DNA of 64,000 nucleotides from Cyclobacteriaceae bacterium (GTDB lineage Bacteria; Bacteroidota; Bacteroidia; Cytophagales; Cyclobacteriaceae): NCBI GenBank assembly GCA_030584025.1, contig CP129487.1, positions 1,664,158 to 1,728,157 of the forward strand, read 5' to 3'. Shown piece by piece: positions 58,916 to 64,000 of this stretch (position 1 is its first letter; each line of letters starts with the position of its first letter). The notes under the pieces were generated by a model. It saw only the letters and a program-made list of their open reading frames with translations, ran no database searches and was not told where the DNA came from. The position numbers and the translations under genes were made by a program.

Positions 58916-60147
58916 ATGAAAAGGTAACCGTTCTGGCTCCTGTTGGATCTTATGAATCATTAGCAGCCGCCATTCAGGCTGGTGCCGATGCTATCTATTT
59001 TGGTTTGAATCAATTAAATATGCGCGCTCGTTCCGCAAAATACTTTGAGGTTAATGATCTTGATGAAATTGTTAGCCGTTGTAAAAAGGCAAATGTGAAG
59101 TGTTACCTGGCGCTGAATACAATTTTGTATAACCATGATCTTAACTTAATGCGCGCCTTGATGAACCATGCGAAATTTTCTGGCGTAGATGGAGTAATCG
59201 TTACCGATCATGCTGCCATGCAGTATGGTCGCTCCGTTGGTATGCCTTTGCATATTTCTACACAAGCGAACATAAGCAATATAGAGGCTGTATCATTTTA
59301 CGCCCCCTATGCCGATGTGATGGTCCTTGCCCGGGAACTGAGTCTAAAGCAGGTAGCAGAAATAGCACAGGAAATCAGAAAACGCCAGTTAACAGGTCCA
59401 TCGGGTCAACTGGTTAAGCTTGAGGTATTTGTACATGGAGCATTGTGCATGGCGATATCTGGAAAGTGTTACCTAAGCCTTCACACCCAATTCGCCTCAG
59501 CCAATAGGGGTGCGTGCTATCAGAATTGCCGGAAGGCGTATATACTTACCGATAAAGAAGATGGTCACCAATTTGAGGTAGATAATGAGTACATCATGAG
59601 TGCGAAGGATTTGTGCACCATTGATATGCTGGATCAGGTTGTTCAAACGGGTGTTGCAGTACTCAAGATTGAAGGGCGTGCCCGTTCGGCTGATTATGTA
59701 TATACAACTACTAAATGTTATAAGGAAGCGGTACAAGCCATTGAGCAGGGAACCTTCAATAGAAAGCTGGTAAAGCATTGGGAGAGTGAGTTATCAAAGG
59801 TTTACAATCGGGGCTTTTGGGAAGGTTACTACATGGGTAGAAAACTGGGTGAGTGGTCCAATCAACCTGGCTCCATAGCCACGGAGAAGAAAGTGCTGGT
59901 AGGAAAGGGGCAACGGTATTATCCTAGGCTTAAGGTTGGTGAATTCGCAATGGAAAGTGGCAGATTAAAGGAAGGTGATGAGATTATGATCATCAGTCAG
60001 AAAACAGGTATAACCCGATTAACGTTACAGGGACTACAGGTAAATGGATGTATTGCATACGAAGCAACAGGGGGAGACCATATTACTTTTCCGTTGGAGA
60101 TACCTGTATCAGAAGGAGATGTCTTGTATAAAGTTTTATTGGCATGA
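58912..60147 (+). CDS. Peptidase-U32-family protein
   Basis: 411 aa. ELLAP-type start (VLAPVGSYESLAAAIQAGADAIYFG), then EVFVHGALCMAISGKCYLS and KIEGR. Confidence 0.85.
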   Translation: MNEKVTVLAPVGSYESLAAAIQAGADAIYFGLNQLNMRARSAKYFEVNDLDEIVSRCKKANVKCYLALNTILYNHDLNLMRALMNHAKFSGVDGVIVTDHAAMQYGRSVGMPLHISTQANISNIEAVSFYAPYADVMVLARELSLKQVAEIAQEIRKRQLTGPSGQLVKLEVFVHGALCMAISGKCYLSLHTQFASANRGACYQNCRKAYILTDKEDGHQFEVDNEYIMSAKDLCTIDMLDQVVQTGVAVLKIEGRARSADYVYTTTKCYKEAVQAIEQGTFNRKLVKHWESELSKVYNRGFWEGYYMGRKLGEWSNQPGSIATEKKVLVGKGQRYYPRLKVGEFAMESGRLKEGDEIMIISQKTGITRLTLQGLQVNGCIAYEATGGDHITFPLEIPVSEGDVLYKVLLA

Positions 60148-60374
60148 TTACGCTTGTGCACTATCGAAAGAAATGCATTGGTTGCGGCATTTGTTATGAG
60201 CTACAACCTACACTGTGGCGCATGTCTAAAAAGGATGGAAAAGCGAATTTAATCGGATCGGTTTTAAAAAAAGATGTGTGCACCCTCCGCTGCGTTGACT
60301 TAATAGCATTGTCCGAAAGGGTAGCGCGGTCATGTCCTGCACGGGCAATCAAGGTTGTAGTCGCTGGAAATTGA
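60144..60374 (+). CDS. Small [4Fe-4S] ferredoxin
   Basis: 76 aa. It has CIGCGIC plus a distal CP (SCPARAI). It overlaps the U32 gene by 4 nt. Confidence 0.6.
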   Translation: MITLVHYRKKCIGCGICYELQPTLWRMSKKDGKANLIGSVLKKDVCTLRCVDLIALSERVARSCPARAIKVVVAGN

Positions 60375-60462
60375 TTTTTACATAGCGACACGGCTTACCG
60401 GGCGAATTAAGTGAGATACTTTTTCGTTTAAGTAGCATTCAGGTAGTTTCCTGATAATTGTC

Positions 60463-61941
60463 ATGTTCAGGAAAGTTCACTCCAGTTATTTTAGCCTTAT
60501 GCGTTCTTCTATACACAACAAGTGGGTGATTGCTACGGGTGTCTTTATGCTATTGGGCTTATGGGTATTCGAGTATTATACCCATATTTTAGGTAATGTG
60601 GTTTACGTAGCTGTAGCTGCAGTAGTCATGTGGTTTTTGACGCGTAAAAGCGCTATTCTTTTTATAGCCTCATGGGCAACCTTGCTGCTGGTTATTGGAT
60701 ATGTGTATGCCGTAATTATTCCCGATCAAGCCGGCCAGTCTACGTTTTTAATGAACAGGGTTTCTGCCATGGTTGCCATTTGGTTTTCCGCTTATTTTAT
60801 AGTCAATTACCAGAAGTTGCAAGGAGAGAAAGAGCGTCAGCGGGAAGAATTGGAGCAACAAAGACTTGAAGAGGAAAGATTGCGAAGTAGTCAGGAAATG
60901 CACAAAGCGATTGCACAGAACTTTCCGGGTGGTTGGATTGGTTTGTTAAATGAAAATTTTATTTTCCAACTGGTCGGAGGCAGAGGGCTTTTGCGTATCG
61001 GATTAACCGCTACTGAATTGGTTGGAAAATCTTTTCAGGATTTGGTTCCAATAGCTAATGTTAATTACCATTTGCGGGAACTTTGTGATGGTTCGCGAAA
61101 ATCATTAGAGGTAAGTATAGGCAAGCGGACCTTTGAAGTTAATGCATGCAATTTTAAAGTAAATAAAAATAAGTCGTGGATATTATTTGTAGCGCATGAT
61201 GTCACTGTACTTAAAGAAACCGAAGTTGAATTAATCAACACGCTTAAAAAGGAGCGGGAACTTCATGAGATGAAGTCCAGGTTTATCACCATGGCTTCTC
61301 ATGAATTTCGAACACCTTTATCTACGATTATGACCTCTGCCAGTTTATTGGCAAATTATTCAGGGAGTGGAAATGATCAAGCAATCGAAGCTCATAAAAG
61401 TCGTATTAAAAATGCGGTAAAGCTGCTCACCGAAATTTTGGATGATTTTCTTCATTTCGAAAGATTGGAACAAGGGAATGTTAATCCTTATTATGAAAAA
61501 ATTTATTTACCCGACTTTCTTAGTGAGTTAACAGAACGTGTTGAGGCGATGAAGCTGGTAAGTCAAAAATTAGTTATTCCAAAAAGTCAGGTGACTCAAT
61601 TTTATTGCGATCGGAGTTTTTTAAAGATTATGCTTAGTAATCTGCTTTCAAATGCATTTAAGTACTCTGGTGCAGAGGGAACAGTTGTACTGGATTGTAA
61701 AGCTGAAAGGGGACGTTTGATATTTTCTGTTCGGGATCAGGGAATGGGTATTCCGCAAGAAGACCAAGCCTTTATTTTTGACCGTTTTTTTCGGGGTAAA
61801 AACGCTTCCAATATCCAGGGTACTGGATTGGGATTAAGTATTGCTTTAATGTATGCTAAGATGTTAAAGGGTACGATCGATTTTAGAAGTGACCCTATCA
61901 TTGAGACTACATTCACTTTATCCTTACCCCTGAATTCCTGA
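60463..61941 (+). CDS. Membrane sensor histidine kinase
   Basis: 492 aa. It has N-terminal TM helices, a PAS-like middle, the H-box MASHEFRTPL, the N-box LLSNAFKYS, and G boxes DQGMGI and GTGLGLS. Confidence 0.85.
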   Translation: MFRKVHSSYFSLMRSSIHNKWVIATGVFMLLGLWVFEYYTHILGNVVYVAVAAVVMWFLTRKSAILFIASWATLLLVIGYVYAVIIPDQAGQSTFLMNRVSAMVAIWFSAYFIVNYQKLQGEKERQREELEQQRLEEERLRSSQEMHKAIAQNFPGGWIGLLNENFIFQLVGGRGLLRIGLTATELVGKSFQDLVPIANVNYHLRELCDGSRKSLEVSIGKRTFEVNACNFKVNKNKSWILFVAHDVTVLKETEVELINTLKKERELHEMKSRFITMASHEFRTPLSTIMTSASLLANYSGSGNDQAIEAHKSRIKNAVKLLTEILDDFLHFERLEQGNVNPYYEKIYLPDFLSELTERVEAMKLVSQKLVIPKSQVTQFYCDRSFLKIMLSNLLSNAFKYSGAEGTVVLDCKAERGRLIFSVRDQGMGIPQEDQAFIFDRFFRGKNASNIQGTGLGLSIALMYAKMLKGTIDFRSDPIIETTFTLSLPLNS

Positions 61942-62466
61942 TTTGATTGAGGGTGGACCTAAATGCTTACACCATTCACTAAATGATACAATTATAAAAA
62001 TGGGGATTACATTAGAGCAAACAACAGAAAATCTCCTAAAGTATGAAATTCTCTTGTGTCCATTTTTTGACGTTTAAGTTGGTTTGGTTGTTGTTTGCAA
62101 AATCCGATGTAATTGACCACCCCTAGTTGATGTCATTTGAGAGTGCCTGTAATTGCTTTTTAACCTCATTAAAGGGAAATTAAGAATTGTAAATCACGGT
62201 TTTCTTCTCCCGCATGAATCAATAAATCGCCCTTCGGTAGGATAGCTTCCTTTGGTTTTGAGTGTGTATCGCTAATACAGACGATTTTCTTGGAGATAAA
62301 AATTCCTCAAAAGTGAGTCTATGGATTTTTTCTTTCATTATTAATTATGGTAAAGTTCAAATATGTAGTACTATGAAAAATTTTGGGCGATCTGCTTTTG
62401 CCAATCATCTTAGGAGGAAGAAACTCGGTGAATGCAACCAAGTAAGTGGATGATGGTAAATCATAA

Positions 62467-62790
62467 TCAAGAATATACACCATATTCAATACGGCCTAAC
62501 ACCTCCTTGACCATCTCAATCCCAATCAAATTTTTCATCAAATACAATGGAGTTCTACCTTGAAAAACTACTAGGGGAACCCTTAACCACTCCTTGAAAT
62601 TTTCCTTATTACCATCAAAGGCATCAAGGCCAAAATTCCATAGCTCGTACAGCTTAATCAGTCTCTCTGAGGCTCTGGTATTCAATTGATCTGTTTGTTT
62701 CTTATTTTTAAGGTGTCTGATGCTGACCCCAAGTATCATTGCTATTTCGGTATGAGAGAGTCCAGTCTCTTTTTGGAGAGAAGCATACAC
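62467..62790 (-). CDS. Xre/MbcA/ParS-like antitoxin (DUF2384-type C-terminal domain)
   Basis: 107 aa. The HTH-like segment is LSHTEIAMILGVSIRHL. The C-terminus is W....L..F.GRTPLYLMKNLIGIEMVKEVLGRIEYGVYS. Confidence 0.65.
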   Translation of the reverse strand: MYASLQKETGLSHTEIAMILGVSIRHLKNKKQTDQLNTRASERLIKLYELWNFGLDAFDGNKENFKEWLRVPLVVFQGRTPLYLMKNLIGIEMVKEVLGRIEYGVYS

Positions 62791-62817
62791 TTTTGCTTGC
62801 AGCCCCTCTTCAACAGC

Positions 62818-63030
62818 ATGAGCTTTGAGTTAATATTACCGTTGAGTAAACCATCTGTGCTTATCGATGAGGAACTCGCTCTTCTAATTTATGATCGAAC
62901 TAATGGAACAATTGGTGAGATTAGTATGCTTATAAAAAAATCAGCAATTGAAGCTATTAAAATGGGAGTGGAAAAAATCACAAAGGATATTGTAAAGGGA
63001 ATAGATTTTGAAACTTCAAAGGCAGCTTAA
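62818..63030 (+). pseudogene. C-terminal remnant of a TniB/TnsC-like AAA+ transposition ATPase
   Basis: MSFELILPLSKPSVLIDEELALLIYDRTNGTIGEISMLIKKSAIEAIKMGVEKITKDIV resembles TniB C-termini (..LPL...S.L....la..l...s.G.IGEl..ll..aa..Ai..G.E.It). No ATPase core lies upstream, because the antitoxin gene occupies that space. Confidence 0.5.
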
Positions 63031-63042
63031 TTTTCTGTAAAA

Positions 63043-63864
63043 ATGCCAAAGACTATTTCTCATTCATCGAAACTTGAAGACCTTACAACGTCTTACGAAA
63101 GTCTTATGGCGATATCAACTCTGATGCTTAAAGCTCATAAAGCCATAAATTCGTATATTATTTTACATTTGCCTAATGCAAATAAAGGCGATGGTAATCT
63201 TGCCAGCATTTTTGCGGCAATTAATTATTTACTAACTAAGTCAAACAATCTTTTAATCATTTTACCCAAGAGATATTCATCTTATCGAGGTCCCTATTTT
63301 GCGGATATCTTCCGCGTTACTACTAGTAGATTTTTATTATTGAGTTTTTGGGATGGAGGCTCAAAAGTTTATTCTTTTGAACCCTACAAATATCTTGAAT
63401 TTGCAACGTATTTAGAGATTAAAGCATTTAATGATTATTCGCACATACGTAGATCAGTGGTTGATAAATTGAAATTCTTCTTATTCCATTTGTTTGAAAA
63501 CGCCAGTCATCATGGTTACAGTTCTGATCCTATTTTCATTTGTAGTAGTTGTAGAAATAGCATATTAAAATTTACGATTACCAATTGTGGCCAAGGATTT
63601 TTTAAGAATATAAGTCAATTTAACAGTAAAATCATAAACGAAGAGGAGGCAATTATTTTGGCATTGGAGGGAAATTTTAGTAGTGGAACGCATGCTAGCG
63701 GGTGTCTTAATTCTTTAATGATCTTTTGTATTGAAAATGGAGGCTCGTTAATCATTGTCTCCGGATCAGCTTTGGTCATGGCGGAAAATGTGAATCGGTT
63801 TAGTGTGCATTCGTTGCCTGGTCCTTTTAGAGGCTCAATTATTTCACTTTCAATCAAAGTTTGA
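63043..63864 (+). CDS. Hypothetical protein with a degenerate GHKL (anti-sigma-kinase-like) ATPase C-terminal half
   Basis: 273 aa and AT-rich. It has the N-box-like LFENASHHG, the G1-like ITNCGQGF (Asn where Asp is expected), the G2-like SGTHASGCLNSL, and GGSLIIVSGS. Confidence 0.4.
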   Translation: MPKTISHSSKLEDLTTSYESLMAISTLMLKAHKAINSYIILHLPNANKGDGNLASIFAAINYLLTKSNNLLIILPKRYSSYRGPYFADIFRVTTSRFLLLSFWDGGSKVYSFEPYKYLEFATYLEIKAFNDYSHIRRSVVDKLKFFLFHLFENASHHGYSSDPIFICSSCRNSILKFTITNCGQGFFKNISQFNSKIINEEEAIILALEGNFSSGTHASGCLNSLMIFCIENGGSLIIVSGSALVMAENVNRFSVHSLPGPFRGSIISLSIKV

Positions 63865-63865
63865 C

Positions 63866-64000
63866 ATGGAGGAGCAAGCAGTTAACTTCAAAAAGGTTGT
63901 TGATTTGATTTCAGAAGTATTCAAAGCAAATCCGGAATTATTTGTCAAAGCCAAACTTGAACTATTCACAAATGAAATTGACCAAAGTATACTCATAACT
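63866..64000 (+). CDS. Hypothetical protein, 5' part only (runs off the right edge)
   Basis: My own translation from the ATG 1 nt after the previous stop gives MEEQAVNFKKVVDLISEVFKANPELFVKAKLELFTNEIDQSILIT. It is open to the window end. Confidence 0.3.
   Translation, partial: MEEQAVNFKKVVDLISEVFKANPELFVKAKLELFTNEIDQSILIT

Noticed and set aside
61942-62466. Searched for a tRNA, an att site or an intact RES toxin in the gene-free stretch after the sensor kinase.
   Set aside because: I saw no T-loop-like GGTTCGAATCC or cloverleaf. The minus-strand frames are interrupted by stops every 20-45 codons. The 63-aa plus-strand ORF (62262-62453) has no motif.
1-64000. Looked for CRISPR arrays, rRNA genes and long tandem or interspersed repeats.
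   Set aside because: I noticed no regularly spaced direct repeats or rRNA-like conserved blocks while reading. Apart from the short operator family, no repeated element longer than about 20 nt was evident by eye; a computational repeat search would be needed to exclude them.

Overview
The window looks like a Bacteroidota (Cytophagia/Flavobacteriia-like) chromosomal segment. I infer this from ORF6N and FISUMP domains, an alginate-export-type porin, TAnnTTTG -7 boxes and the absence of Shine-Dalgarno sequences; there is no marker gene. The core, about 7.8-39 kb, is a dense nitrogen-oxide respiration and NO-stress island. It holds narGHJI preceded by a NarC-like dihaem cytochrome c, and a qNOR-type NO reductase whose HH metal-ligand pair reads HN. 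It also holds a second, strongly divergent haem-copper-oxidase-like subunit with its own cytochrome c. A Nas/NarB-like molybdoenzyme sits in an unusual five-gene cluster with a Tat-signal Rieske protein, a 4Fe-4S protein and a NarI-like membrane subunit. Further members are three hemerythrin/RIC proteins, an Rrf2 regulator, a class II ribonucleotide reductase, tryptophanase, a TehA/SLAC1-type channel and a porin. A 20-bp palindrome (about AAARGAYWAW-WTWRTCYTTT) recurs in six intergenic regions of the window. At four promoters it lies 7-8 nt upstream of a -7 box, which suggests one regulon. The left edge, 1-7.6 kb, is an AT-richer accessory stretch. It carries a PglX/Eco57I-like methyltransferase cut by the window edge, an ORF6N gene, a PLD-nuclease/SNF2 helicase fusion, two orphan ORFs and a histidine-kinase tail fragment. 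The stretch from 39 to 62 kb is mostly housekeeping: nadA, nadB, a TPP enzyme, an acyl-CoA ligase, a Dps-TetR-RND/TolC efflux operon, ctaA, a U32 protein and a sensor kinase. The right edge, 62-64 kb, is again AT-rich. It has an orphan Xre/ParS-type antitoxin, a TniB-like C-terminal fragment and a GHKL-like orphan ORF. I saw no rRNA, tRNA or CRISPR array. All functional calls rest on motif recognition by eye in the supplied translations; no database search was possible.
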